Part shown: positions 37,911-47,262 of the stretch, in pieces
How the letters are laid out: each line of letters starts with the position of its first letter
Position numbering within the stretch: the first letter of the stretch is position 1
Assembly: GCA_025999215.1 (NCBI GenBank)
Contig: AP024679.1
Coordinates: 569,924 to 633,923, forward strand
Source of the DNA: Candidatus Dojkabacteria bacterium
GTDB taxonomy: Bacteria > Patescibacteriota > Dojkabacteria > J137
Length of the DNA: 64,000 bases
Direction of reading: 5' to 3'
Position numbers and translations under genes: made by a program
The notes under the pieces: model-generated
The model's input: the letters and a program-made list of their open reading frames with translations, nothing else
Told to the model about the DNA's origin: nothing
Database searches by the model: none

Positions 37911-40139
37911 ATGTTAAATAGACCAATTGTTTCTCTTAAAAATGTTCATAAAATTTTTAAGGTTAAAAGTGCTGATGTTCATATAATTAAAGGAGTTAGT
38001 TTAGACATATTTAAAGGTGAGTTTGTTGGTTTAGTGGGACCATCTGGTAGTGGAAAATCAACTTTACTTAATATGATTTTAGGTCTTGAAGAAATCACTA
38101 GTGGAGAGGTTGAACTTCTGGGTCAACCGGTTAAACCTGAGTTTGCTGATAGAGTTTCAGAAATAAGAAGACGTAAAATTGGGATAATTTATCAACAACC
38201 TATTTGGATTAGGTCATTAACTGTACTTGAAAATGTAGCATTTCCATTGCTACTTGAGGGATTTAATAGAAAAGTTGCTTTAAGAGAAGCAACAGAAGCA
38301 TTAGCAACAACTGGAATGTTGAAATGGAAAAAATATTACCCTCAAGATTTGTCTGTTGGTCAACAGCAAAGAGTTGCGCTAGCTCGAGCTTTAGTTAATA
38401 ATCCAGATATTATTTTTGCAGATGAGCCTACTGGTAATTTGGATATAAGGAATAGTGAAGCATTGGTTAAGATGCTTCATAATCTAACTAAAGAAAATAA
38501 AACAGTTGTGATGATTACTCATAATTTAGATAATCTTGATGATGTAGATAGGATAGTACAGCTAGTTGATGGTCAAATAGTTGATGATATCAAAGTTAGT
38601 GATTTAAATGTTGAACAACTAACAGACGAGCACTTGGCAAAAATATTTTTTGAAAATGAAAAGAAATTTAAACGAAAAACAGAAGAGCTTTCAATCCCAA
38701 CTACATCAGAAAAAAGCAAACAAAACATAAATTTAGTTAGGTCACTTAAGAATTTTTTTAGTTCTAATTTAAATTTTATACTATCACTAACTTCAATTTT
38801 AATGGGTATTTTTTTAAGCTACCTTTTTACTATTTTAGTTCAATTAAAGCTTATTTTTAAGAAAAATGATCTTTCATTTTCAGATGAAGAAAAAAGGTTA
38901 AGTAATAAAAATCCTCTCGCTTTTTTGTTTCACCCCAGAGGCTCCATTGATGGAATAACCTATAAACAACTTTTATCAATTAGCATTAAAAACCTACTTG
39001 GTAAGAAACTTAGAACTTCTGTTACGGTTGGTGGAATATCTCTAGGAATAGCTTTTACAGTGTTGCTTGTATCTCTTGGTTTTGGAATAGAAAGATTAGT
39101 TATATCTAATATTGCATCTTTAAATCAAATTAAACAGATTGATATTTATCCATCAGTTAATACACAACTTGAACTTACTCTTGAAGATTTAGAAACTCTA
39201 AAACAAGTTGAACAGATAGAAACTTATTATCCAATTATCAGTCTGGCATCTAAGGTTAGATACTTAGGTTCTGATGTTGATGTAGTTGGTTACGGCGTTA
39301 CCGATGAGTATTTACAAAATTCCGATTTAAATGTGGTGAGAGGATCATTTTTTAAAAATTCTCCAAATTCAATTATTTTGAACAAAAGTCTTTTAGATAT
39401 TATTGATCCTAACAACACATTGAATATTGGTGATGAAGTTGAACTTTCAGTTAGATCAACAGCAGATTTGAATACTGACATTATTTCTGATTATGAAAAA
39501 TTTGTTGTATCCGGAATAATTTTAGATACAGAAAATCCCATAGTTTATTTGCCAATTGAAAATTTTCAAAAACTAGGAATTTCTAATTTTACAGAAGCCA
39601 GAATTTCTGTTTATTCAGAAGATGATGTTGAAAACGTAAGAACACTTATTGAAAGCAAAGGTTACGCAACAAGATCAGTTTTGGATACAATAAATGAGAT
39701 AAGATCCATTTTTAATACTTCAAGAATTGTCTTAGGTGGTGTTGGGATTGTTGGTTTGATTATTGCTGCATTTGGAATGTTTAACACTCTTACTGTTTCA
39801 CTTTTAGAAAGAACTAGAGAGGTTGCTTTGATGAAAGCAATAGGGATGCTACCACCTGAAGTTAGGGCTTTGTTTTTCACGGAATCTGTGACCATGGGTG
39901 TTATGGGTGGTGTTTTGGGTTTGTTTTTATCTTACTTTGCAGGATTTTTAGTGTCACTTTTATATTCTTTTTTATCAACTAGCGAAGGTAGTTTTAATTT
40001 TACAGATTTAACATATACACCATTATTCTTTGTTATATTAATTCTTTTAGGTTCGGCTATCATTGGCATTTTAACTGGAATATATCCTTCAAAAAGAGCT
40101 GAAAAAATTTCTTCAGTATATGCTTTACGTTACGAATAA
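37911..40139 (+). CDS. MacB-like fused ABC ATPase/FtsX-type permease
   Basis: GPSGSGKST, LSVGQQQR, ADEPTGNLD; NTLTVSLLERTREVALMKAIG; ends ALRYE. Confidence 0.92.
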   Translation: MLNRPIVSLKNVHKIFKVKSADVHIIKGVSLDIFKGEFVGLVGPSGSGKSTLLNMILGLEEITSGEVELLGQPVKPEFADRVSEIRRRKIGIIYQQPIWIRSLTVLENVAFPLLLEGFNRKVALREATEALATTGMLKWKKYYPQDLSVGQQQRVALARALVNNPDIIFADEPTGNLDIRNSEALVKMLHNLTKENKTVVMITHNLDNLDDVDRIVQLVDGQIVDDIKVSDLNVEQLTDEHLAKIFFENEKKFKRKTEELSIPTTSEKSKQNINLVRSLKNFFSSNLNFILSLTSILMGIFLSYLFTILVQLKLIFKKNDLSFSDEEKRLSNKNPLAFLFHPRGSIDGITYKQLLSISIKNLLGKKLRTSVTVGGISLGIAFTVLLVSLGFGIERLVISNIASLNQIKQIDIYPSVNTQLELTLEDLETLKQVEQIETYYPIISLASKVRYLGSDVDVVGYGVTDEYLQNSDLNVVRGSFFKNSPNSIILNKSLLDIIDPNNTLNIGDEVELSVRSTADLNTDIISDYEKFVVSGIILDTENPIVYLPIENFQKLGISNFTEARISVYSEDDVENVRTLIESKGYATRSVLDTINEIRSIFNTSRIVLGGVGIVGLIIAAFGMFNTLTVSLLERTREVALMKAIGMLPPEVRALFFTESVTMGVMGGVLGLFLSYFAGFLVSLLYSFLSTSEGSFNFTDLTYTPLFFVILILLGSAIIGILTGIYPSKRAEKISSVYALRYE

Positions 40140-40642
40140 TGGAAGAAACCAGTTTTTTTGAAAAATTAAAAAATTATCTTTTAATATTAGCAGGTGTTTT
40201 ATCATTCTTGGGGAGTTTGGCTATTATTGCCTTTTTGATTTTAAACAATTCAAATAAAATTGAAGACATTGAATTGATAAATACTAAAATTGAGAAATTA
40301 AATTTAAATTTAAAAGATGATTATGTTTTTTTAAATAAAACTTGGACTTTGACTTCATTTAATGATCTAAACCCAGATTTTTCCATTACAATTAAATTTG
40401 AAGAAAACAATAAAGTTAGCGGATTTGGGGGATGTAACGATTATACAGCTAAATTTGAGATTAATGAAGATAGTTTCAACATTTATGAAATAAATAAAAC
40501 TAAGATGTTTTGTGAAAATGTGAGCGTTGTGGAAAATGCTTTTTTTCAAGTTTTAGAGCTTGTTAATAAAATTGAAGTTTCTGATGATACATTAACTTTA
40601 TCTTCTCAAAACAATAAGTTAGTTTTCAAAAAAGAAAAATAA
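40139..40642 (+). CDS. Membrane-anchored META-domain protein
   Basis: WTLTSF, VSGFGGCNDY and TKMFC. Confidence 0.85.
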   Translation: MEETSFFEKLKNYLLILAGVLSFLGSLAIIAFLILNNSNKIEDIELINTKIEKLNLNLKDDYVFLNKTWTLTSFNDLNPDFSITIKFEENNKVSGFGGCNDYTAKFEINEDSFNIYEINKTKMFCENVSVVENAFFQVLELVNKIEVSDDTLTLSSQNNKLVFKKEK

Positions 40643-40662
40643 AATGCTATAATTTAGTTAGT

Positions 40663-40739
40663 GGTGGTTATAGCTCAGTTGGTAGAGCGCCAGTTTGTGG
40701 CACTGGATGTCGTGGGTTCGAGCCCCACTAACCACCCCA
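40663..40739 (+). tRNA. tRNA-His(GTG)
   Basis: G-1 followed by gtggtta...ccagt-ttGTGgc-actgg...taaccacC-CCA; TGCTATAAT at 40645-40653. Confidence 0.96.
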
Positions 40740-41116
40740 AAGTACCATGGTAACTACTCTTAATACTAATCAAACGGCATACACTCAGAGGACAAAAATT
40801 ATTCTAAAACACTTAGTATTGTTTAAAAATTTTTTTAGATTGTTACGGTATGCTCTAACATCACAAAACATTCAAGTAAAGGAGTAAAAAAATGGCAAGT
40901 AAAAATGCATATGGTCTTAAATATTTTAAGTCCACAAACACATATGACAGATTGTTTTTTCTTAGACATATCTGACATTCTAATGTTTATCTTTATACTG
41001 GACATATTTTATCTTATAATTTCAGAAAATATTTAGAAAAGGTGATATAATGAAAAATAAAGATAAGGCATACTTTATCTTATAATTCAAGGAGATATAT
41101 AGGAGTTAGTATAAAA

Positions 41117-41227
41117 ATGTCAAAATCAACTTTCTATACAATTAGACACGGAAAGATAAACTACACTGAAAAAGACTTGTATTTGATCTATGAGGGTGTT
41201 GCTGATGATGAAAAGGTCGAGATGTAA
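41117..41227 (+). pseudogene. Histidine-phosphatase (RHG) N-terminal remnant
   Basis: 36-aa ORF MSKSTFYTIRHGKINY... preceded by AGGAG. Confidence 0.4.
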
Positions 41228-41273
41228 ACATAGAAGTAAAAGATGCGAATATTTTATCTATGAGTGAAACATA

Positions 41274-42317
41274 ATGAAATTTACAAAGGCAATTAAGGAG
41301 TATTTTAAGCAGAAAGGTGTTGAAATTGAAAGTATTGTGAAGTTAGGTTCAGGCCTCGTTGCAGATGGGTTTTTAGTTACCTACAAATTAGCTGAAGGAA
41401 AAAGTGAGATACTTGTCTGTCGAAAATTACGAGGTAGAGGTATGTCACATGACTATTTTTCAGATAGGCTTGGCTATTTACTTTTACAGCACAATATTAC
41501 GAAAAAACATCCAAGGCATGTGAGGTCAAGAGATGTTGTCATTTATGGAAAGGGAAAAATCCGCTCTTTAGACTCTTTAGATGAGGTGTTTCAGGTTTTA
41601 GAATTTGCTGCGGGCGAATCTTTTTTAACAACAATGAATTTGATTGGATATGACTTTGAATCACAAAAGAAGTTTTTGTTGAGCCTGTGTGAATATATGC
41701 ATGAAGTTCATAGAATAGAACCAGAAGGTAATAAGAAAGACTTGTATTTGAGACATTCTCAAGATTTTATAGGTAGTGAGGTGTTAATGGATATTTTGGA
41801 TGTCTGGGAGCCAGATACACTACTACCAATAGAATTAAGGGTAAAACTATTCACTGATTTGTTTAAGCTTAGAGAGGAAACTAAATTGTTCTTTGATAGA
41901 TGCAGAATGATTCATGCTGATTTGCATCCTGATAATGTCAGGGTACACGAAAATGGCAGTATAAGCGTTTTAGATTCGGCTCGTTCAATGTGGGGAGAAC
42001 CCATTGATGATTTAACAAGTATGCTGGCAAACTTTATTTATTATTCTTTAGTTAAAGACAATACAAGAGAACAATACAAAAAAGCATATGATTTTTTAGT
42101 TAGAACATACTTAAATACTAAGGGCACAGACGATGAAAGAATAAATAAAGTCGCAAGATTATTTTTACCCGTAAGACTCTTAATACTTGCTCATCCAATA
42201 TTTTTCTCAGGTGATAGCCAAGATGTAAAACAGTCTTTGGTTAATGGAGCAATTTCGATTGCAAAAGATGATGAATTTGATTTATTTAACCCTTGGAAGT
42301 ATTTTAACTTGAATTAA
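41274..42317 (+). CDS. Aminoglycoside phosphotransferase/choline kinase-like protein
   Basis: LGSGLVA loop, IHADLHPDNV (Brenner motif) and LDSAR..WGEPIDD. Confidence 0.85.
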   Translation: MKFTKAIKEYFKQKGVEIESIVKLGSGLVADGFLVTYKLAEGKSEILVCRKLRGRGMSHDYFSDRLGYLLLQHNITKKHPRHVRSRDVVIYGKGKIRSLDSLDEVFQVLEFAAGESFLTTMNLIGYDFESQKKFLLSLCEYMHEVHRIEPEGNKKDLYLRHSQDFIGSEVLMDILDVWEPDTLLPIELRVKLFTDLFKLREETKLFFDRCRMIHADLHPDNVRVHENGSISVLDSARSMWGEPIDDLTSMLANFIYYSLVKDNTREQYKKAYDFLVRTYLNTKGTDDERINKVARLFLPVRLLILAHPIFFSGDSQDVKQSLVNGAISIAKDDEFDLFNPWKYFNLN

Positions 42318-42498
42318 GAAGTAAAAGCAAAGCTACTTGCTCTCAGATTTGTACATGCCATAAAAATTCTAATAGATTTTACCCAGTCACTCCAAAATCC
42401 ATTTTACCACCACTAAGCTCTAAAGTTTAAAATTCTCCAAAAAATTTAAACAATTTTGTTGCTTTTGAAATTTAAAAAAGATATAATCTTGTTGTTCA

Positions 42499-42573
42499 GG
42501 GTTGGTAGCTCAATGGTAGAGCAGTGGCCTTTTAAGCCATTGGTTGTGGGTTCGAGTCCCACCCAACTCACCA
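42499..42573 (+). tRNA. tRNA-Lys(TTT)
   Basis: gggttggtagctcaatggtagagc...tggc-ctTTTaa-gcca...ccaactcACCA. Confidence 0.97.
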
Positions 42574-42583
42574 AAATTTTAAA

Positions 42584-43207
42584 TCACCTCAGAGAATACA
42601 GCGGAGCATATCCCATTGAAATTGAAAGATTATTGATTTGATTCATAAAATAAATAATTCTACTACCCCATCCTATGCATTCATCTTGCGGTCCACAGAA
42701 AACTTTTTCCATTTTTCGCGGGTCAATCATATATTCATTACCGTATTGATTTACTAAAACATCAGTTACCTTAAAAATTGATTCTCTAAAAGAATTAAAC
42801 CTCGTTCGATATATTCCAGGGCCACCAAATCCCCAACAGTTGTAGTATTGAGCTGAGGTATAGTATCTGCAAAGATCAGTTTCATGTTTAGCAATTGCAG
42901 CAACAGTCACACAATCACGAGGGGCTCCATAGTAATCGCAAGCTTCAACAAACAAATGCGCAGTACCAGAAAGGGGCGAATTTTCAAAATATTTTTCTAA
43001 AACGACCTCTCGAATATCAACTGATTTGGTACTACTATGAACTCTACTTACCTTCACCTGTGACTGTGTTGATTCTTTGATTGTTTTGTAAACAGCTAGT
43101 TTGTAGTTAATTTCATTTTCAGCTTTTGCTTGAGCAGTATATTCAAAATTGTTAAACAAAATTAGCAAACCTAAAAAGTTTAACAGTAAATAAAAAAGTA
43201 TTCTCAT
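42584..43207 (-). CDS. Exported lysozyme-like (glucosaminidase/transglycosylase-like) protein
   Basis: Signal peptide; SPL....FVEACD.YG, AAIAKHET (putative catalytic Glu) and YNCWGFG. Confidence 0.65.
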   Translation of the reverse strand: MRILFYLLLNFLGLLILFNNFEYTAQAKAENEINYKLAVYKTIKESTQSQVKVSRVHSSTKSVDIREVVLEKYFENSPLSGTAHLFVEACDYYGAPRDCVTVAAIAKHETDLCRYYTSAQYYNCWGFGGPGIYRTRFNSFRESIFKVTDVLVNQYGNEYMIDPRKMEKVFCGPQDECIGWGSRIIYFMNQINNLSISMGYAPLYSLR

Positions 43208-43244
43208 TTTTTCTATTTAAAAATTCTAAAAATTTTGTGATAAA

Positions 43245-44312
43245 ATGATTTTGTTATCTATGAAAGTTTACCAGAAAAAAGCATTAAAACAAATAAGCTT
43301 AGCTAGTATTGTAGCGCTTAATTTATTCATTAAAACTAAGGATTTGGTAATATCCCGAATGTTTTGGGGTAGAAGCAATTTTTATAAGAACCTCACATTC
43401 TCTATAATTTTTAGCTTAACTATTTTTGTATCTGTAAGTGGCATAGTTGCAAAAATTTCTGGTACGAATTCTATCGATACTCTAGCTTTATCATCTGAAA
43501 TTACTACTGGTCAGTACGATATTCTGCAACAAGGTGGCAGTATTGAAACTGTCCTTGGCATTGATCCCGAAGTAGGAATCAAATTTGAAAAATACACGGT
43601 AAAAGAAGGTGATACGCTTGAATCAATAGCTCAAAATTATGGTGTAAGCATAGATACGATAAGGTGGGCAAATAAAGATACTGTGAGTGCGTTCACTAAT
43701 GAGATTGAAACTGGCTGGGTTTTATCAATTCCACCTATTGATGGAGTTTTGTATAAAGTAAAAGATGGTGATAATATTCAAAAAATTATACAAATTACTG
43801 GTGGAAATGAGTTTGATATTCGTGAGTTTAATGAGTTAGGGGCCAATACCGAACCTAATGAGGGCGATATTTTATTTATTCCAAATGGAAATTTTTATAG
43901 ACCAGATATTGATGTTGCAGATATTCCTCGAGGAGTATTTATTAATCCACTTAAAGATCCTTCGTGTGCGGGATATGTGGTTACTAGAGGTTTTTTGAGC
44001 TATCACAATGGTGTTGATTTAGCAAAATCAACAGGTTGCATTATAAGCGCTGTTGCAAACGGTTATGTTGAATATGCGGGTTGGAGTAATTATGGACAAG
44101 GTTACAATGTGGTGATTGATCATGGAGGTGGTATTAAAACACATTATTATCATGGCGATGGAACTTTTTGGGTTCAAGCTGGTCAAAGAGTTCAACAAGG
44201 TGATCCAATTATGTACATGGGAACAACAGGAAACTCTACTGGTGTTCATTTGCATTTTTCGCTTTTTAAAGATGGAGTGGCAGTCGATCCCGAACCTTTC
44301 GTTCCTTATTAA
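43245..44312 (+). CDS. LysM + M23 metallopeptidase
   Basis: YTVKEGDTLESIAQNYGVS (LysM); HNGVD, GTTGNSTGVHLHF. Confidence 0.93.
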   Translation: MILLSMKVYQKKALKQISLASIVALNLFIKTKDLVISRMFWGRSNFYKNLTFSIIFSLTIFVSVSGIVAKISGTNSIDTLALSSEITTGQYDILQQGGSIETVLGIDPEVGIKFEKYTVKEGDTLESIAQNYGVSIDTIRWANKDTVSAFTNEIETGWVLSIPPIDGVLYKVKDGDNIQKIIQITGGNEFDIREFNELGANTEPNEGDILFIPNGNFYRPDIDVADIPRGVFINPLKDPSCAGYVVTRGFLSYHNGVDLAKSTGCIISAVANGYVEYAGWSNYGQGYNVVIDHGGGIKTHYYHGDGTFWVQAGQRVQQGDPIMYMGTTGNSTGVHLHFSLFKDGVAVDPEPFVPY

Positions 44313-44335
44313 ATTTTGGTAAAATTGTAATAATT

Positions 44336-44406
44336 TACCGGGTCGTCTAATGGTAGGACATCAGTTTCTGGCACTGAGAATCGGGGTTCGAGTCCCTGCC
44401 CGGTAA
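44336..44406 (+). tRNA. tRNA-Gln(CTG)
   Basis: taccgggtcgtctaatggtaggac...tcagt-ttCTGgc-actga...cccggta; U1-A72; no CCA. Confidence 0.94.
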
Positions 44407-44407
44407 T

Positions 44408-45232
44408 TTAGTAAGATCCCAAAATTATTGCAATCACACTAGCCAAGACCAACACATATTCAAAAACTATGTAGTAGCTTAAATTTTTCTTTGTAAAATG
44501 ATATAAAGTTGAAATTATTAAATAAAAAGACAAAGTTAAAATAACTGAAAACTCAAAACCGTTTAGTTCACTTGTTGAAACTAAAATTAAACTTAAAATT
44601 GCGTTAAAAACTCCACTCCCTACTCCATAGTAAAATGAAAATAAATGCCTTGGAGAAGTTCGTATTGCAAAAAGTTCAACTACAATTGTGGTCAGCAAGA
44701 AAACTGAAAATGTTATAAAAGCTTTTTGAAATTCAAGTTGAAGACTAAAGTTATAAATCACATCTACTAATGCCCAATAAATTACAAATTTTATAAAATC
44801 AAATACAAAATTGGTACTCTGTTCAATCTTTGATTTATGTTCAAAAAATGCTTTGATATTCACAAAAAGCAAGAAATTTGTAACAAATGACATAAACAAA
44901 ATTAATTTCATATGAAGTAAATAAAAGTTGTAGTATCCATAGCCAACAATAGCTAGATACAATAAAATTGGGAGAAAAATTTTGTGAATAATATGAATTA
45001 GTTCATATTCTATCAACTTTTTGTCAAGTCTTTCGTTATTAATTAGTACATTTCTTTGCCAAGTGATGTAAATTTCTAGTATAAAAATTCCTAATAGAGC
45101 AAGTGAAAAGCCAATAAAATTTTTAATATCACCAAATTTAACCAGTGATTCAATCGCAATGTACGCTCCAAGTGATAACGATACAGCATAAAATAAATTC
45201 CAGATGTTTTTTAATAAGTTAACTCGATACAT
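44408..45232 (-). CDS. Multi-pass membrane protein of unknown function
   Basis: About 9 hydrophobic segments. Confidence 0.75.
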   Translation of the reverse strand: MYRVNLLKNIWNLFYAVSLSLGAYIAIESLVKFGDIKNFIGFSLALLGIFILEIYITWQRNVLINNERLDKKLIEYELIHIIHKIFLPILLYLAIVGYGYYNFYLLHMKLILFMSFVTNFLLFVNIKAFFEHKSKIEQSTNFVFDFIKFVIYWALVDVIYNFSLQLEFQKAFITFSVFLLTTIVVELFAIRTSPRHLFSFYYGVGSGVFNAILSLILVSTSELNGFEFSVILTLSFYLIISTLYHFTKKNLSYYIVFEYVLVLASVIAIILGSY

Positions 45233-45336
45233 TTTACTAATTTAATTTTATAAATAATAATCTATTTTAATATTTAAAGCTAGAGAATTGAAGTTAAGAA
45301 GATTTTTAATTTTTTTGAAAAAAAGGGGTTGACAAA
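45204..45336 (+). repeat. Copy 1 of a ~130-bp imperfect direct repeat (start of divergent gene through -35 box)
   Basis: atacattttacta...tataaataataatctattttaa.atttaaagctaga...ggttgacaaa matches 47078-47210. Confidence 0.85.
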
Positions 45337-45357
45337 AAAAAATTAATTGTATAATAT
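45329..45357 (+). promoter_or_regulatory. Sigma70-type promoter
   Basis: TTGACA 45329-45334; TATAAT at 15 nt or TAATAT at 17 nt; AAGGAG upstream of ATG 45427. Confidence 0.7.
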
Positions 45358-45383
45358 ATAGACTTATAAAAAGAAAGCACCTT

Positions 45384-45412
45384 ACAAATTACAAAACAAA
45401 TTACAAAACAAA
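45384..45412 (+). repeat. Short tandem repeat (acaaattacaaa) x2.4 before the RBS
   Basis: acaaattacaaa acaaattacaaa acaaa. Confidence 0.8.
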
Positions 45413-45426
45413 GGAGAAGAAAAGAG

Positions 45427-46254
45427 ATGGATACATATCCAGCATATCCAGCCAACACATCGTTAAGAATCGATAATAAGATAATTTCATTTTCTGAATA
45501 TGGTTATGTGATCAGGTTATATCCTGCTTCACTTTCCATCAATGAAATAATTATGTCTGCTGTTATGTCTGCAGCTAATGTAGCACGCCTTAATCCGCAT
45601 AATCTTGTAGAAATCTTAACAAGTGTGCCAAATATTGCAGAATTAGGTAGCCTAATTTGTAGGCTCAACCAAAAAGATACCCATATAAATATAATGGTAT
45701 CATACAATCAGAGAATAGAAACAAAAAAGGAAAGTCATGTTCAAGCTGCTCTACCTTATAAGTTAGATGGAAGCAGCGATGAAGTAGAGCTAGCAATGGG
45801 AATATGGCATTTGATATGCGCTAGTAATCCAGGTTTTTCGAGGTTAGCAGCGTCAAACAACATTAATGAAATGTTTGACCCTAAAAGTAATTATGTTTTT
45901 GAGTTGGTGCCAAATACAAATAGTAGCAAAAGATCAACTCAATTTCGCATTGTACTCAGTGCAAAAGATTTGGCGTTATACAAAGCCCAGGCGGCTTCTT
46001 CAGTATTGAATTGGCTATTATATCTTCCAGTAGACTATTTACCGATTTCTGCTGGACATGATAGTCATTTCACACTCGTTTTAGACGGCACTGACAAAAA
46101 TTGCGAGTTAACCATAATTATAAAAAGATTATATCGCATTGAACAAATCTTAGTTGTCGATATTATAGATGGTTCGAAAATTTATGAATTAACAATTCAG
46201 GATCCGTCTAATACGACGACTGTAGAACAAATATACCACACTCTGAAGGAGTAA
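45427..46254 (+). CDS. Orphan hypothetical protein
   Basis: 275-aa ORF with RBS, own promoter and downstream hairpin; visibly less AT-rich than its neighbours. Confidence 0.75.
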   Translation: MDTYPAYPANTSLRIDNKIISFSEYGYVIRLYPASLSINEIIMSAVMSAANVARLNPHNLVEILTSVPNIAELGSLICRLNQKDTHINIMVSYNQRIETKKESHVQAALPYKLDGSSDEVELAMGIWHLICASNPGFSRLAASNNINEMFDPKSNYVFELVPNTNSSKRSTQFRIVLSAKDLALYKAQAASSVLNWLLYLPVDYLPISAGHDSHFTLVLDGTDKNCELTIIIKRLYRIEQILVVDIIDGSKIYELTIQDPSNTTTVEQIYHTLKE

Positions 46255-46262
46255 CCTCCAGA

Positions 46263-46296
46263 AGATCAAAGACGCTTTTGTAGGCGTCTTTGATCT
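46263..46296 (+). terminator. 13-bp stem hairpin after the orphan ORF
   Basis: agatcaaagacgc-ttttgtag-gcgtctttgatct. Confidence 0.7.
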
Positions 46297-46608
46297 AAAA
46301 TCTTACATAGATTTTCTCTAACTTTTTTCATTCGAAATTTATAAATAATATAAATCTTTGAGAATTTCTAATCATAAAATTATATTCTTTCTAAATTTAA
46401 GGAATATCAATTAAATATAGTGATCTCTACAGTTGTTCGTAGGGCAAAGTCGTGATTAACTCGAATTAACTTTAAATTGAAAAATTATATAAATTAACTT
46501 TTATACATTAACCGATTTATACATTCAGAAAAATTTATAAAATAATATACATGCTACTTCAAAATAGTATAACAAAATCTATTTATCTTTTAAGAATTAC
46601 TTAAAAAT

Positions 46609-46944
46609 ATGAAGAAATTTAGATATTGCTTGACAAAAAACCATAATATTTGCAAAGAAAAACCCATAAATGGCAGCCGTATTCAAAGCAAAATTGATAT
46701 TATATGGCAATATTTGAGTAGTTCTCTCGAATTTAGCTCAAATATTTCAATAACTATAGACTTATATTCAAATATCTCTTTAGAAGTAAACCTTATGCTT
46801 AAAGATAATATCTATATTATTGGCTTTATTTTATTTAATAATAAAGTTAAAGTTAAAAAAGCAAAGACTGAATTTATAAATCATGAATTCACATTAGAAA
46901 ATTTTACAAATTTTATTCTTTCAAGCATCGAAAACCTTTTGTGA
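46609..46944 (+). CDS. Possible hypothetical protein or decayed ORF
   Basis: 111-aa AT-rich ORF, no motif. Confidence 0.3.
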   Translation: MKKFRYCLTKNHNICKEKPINGSRIQSKIDIIWQYLSSSLEFSSNISITIDLYSNISLEVNLMLKDNIYIIGFILFNNKVKVKKAKTEFINHEFTLENFTNFILSSIENLL

Positions 46945-47077
46945 TCAATAACAATTCTCATGTGCTTTAAGGTATTTTATTTATATAATTTTAATTTTGT
47001 GTTTTACACAACATTCAACTCTAAATTTTTTTGTGGTCATAAAGATTAATAGAAAATTTTTAATATATCATTGATGA

Positions 47078-47210
47078 ATATTTTTCAATAACTTAATTCT
47101 ATACATTTTACTAGTTTAATATGTATAAATAATAATCTATTTTAAAATTTAAAGCTAGAAATTTGAAGAGAAGAAAATTTTTATGTTTATTTTAAAAAAA
47201 GGTTGACAAA
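47078..47210 (+). repeat. Copy 2 of the ~130-bp direct repeat
   Basis: Matches 45204-45336; minus strand reads MYRIKLLKNI vs MYRVNLLKNI of ORF 44408-45232. Confidence 0.85.
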
Positions 47211-47236
47211 CGATGCTAAATGTAATATAACATCGT
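47203..47236 (+). promoter_or_regulatory. Sigma70-type promoter with overlapping inverted repeat
   Basis: TTGACA-N17-TATAAC; acgatgcta-N9-taacatcgt at 47210-47236. Confidence 0.65.
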
Positions 47237-47262
47237 ACATATTCTATTAACAAGAAAGGTTA

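Noticed and set aside
18372-42317. Antibiotic resistance calls for the TetA-like MFS, MacB-like ABC and APH-like kinase
   Set aside because: Family-level motifs only; substrate cannot be inferred from sequence
28982-42641. Short ORFs 28982-29176, 33811-34014 and 42456-42641
   Set aside because: They are readings through tRNA genes
45204-47210. CRISPR array or IS ends
   Set aside because: Only two long imperfect direct copies ~1.9 kb apart; no spacers, cas genes, transposase or terminal inverted repeats
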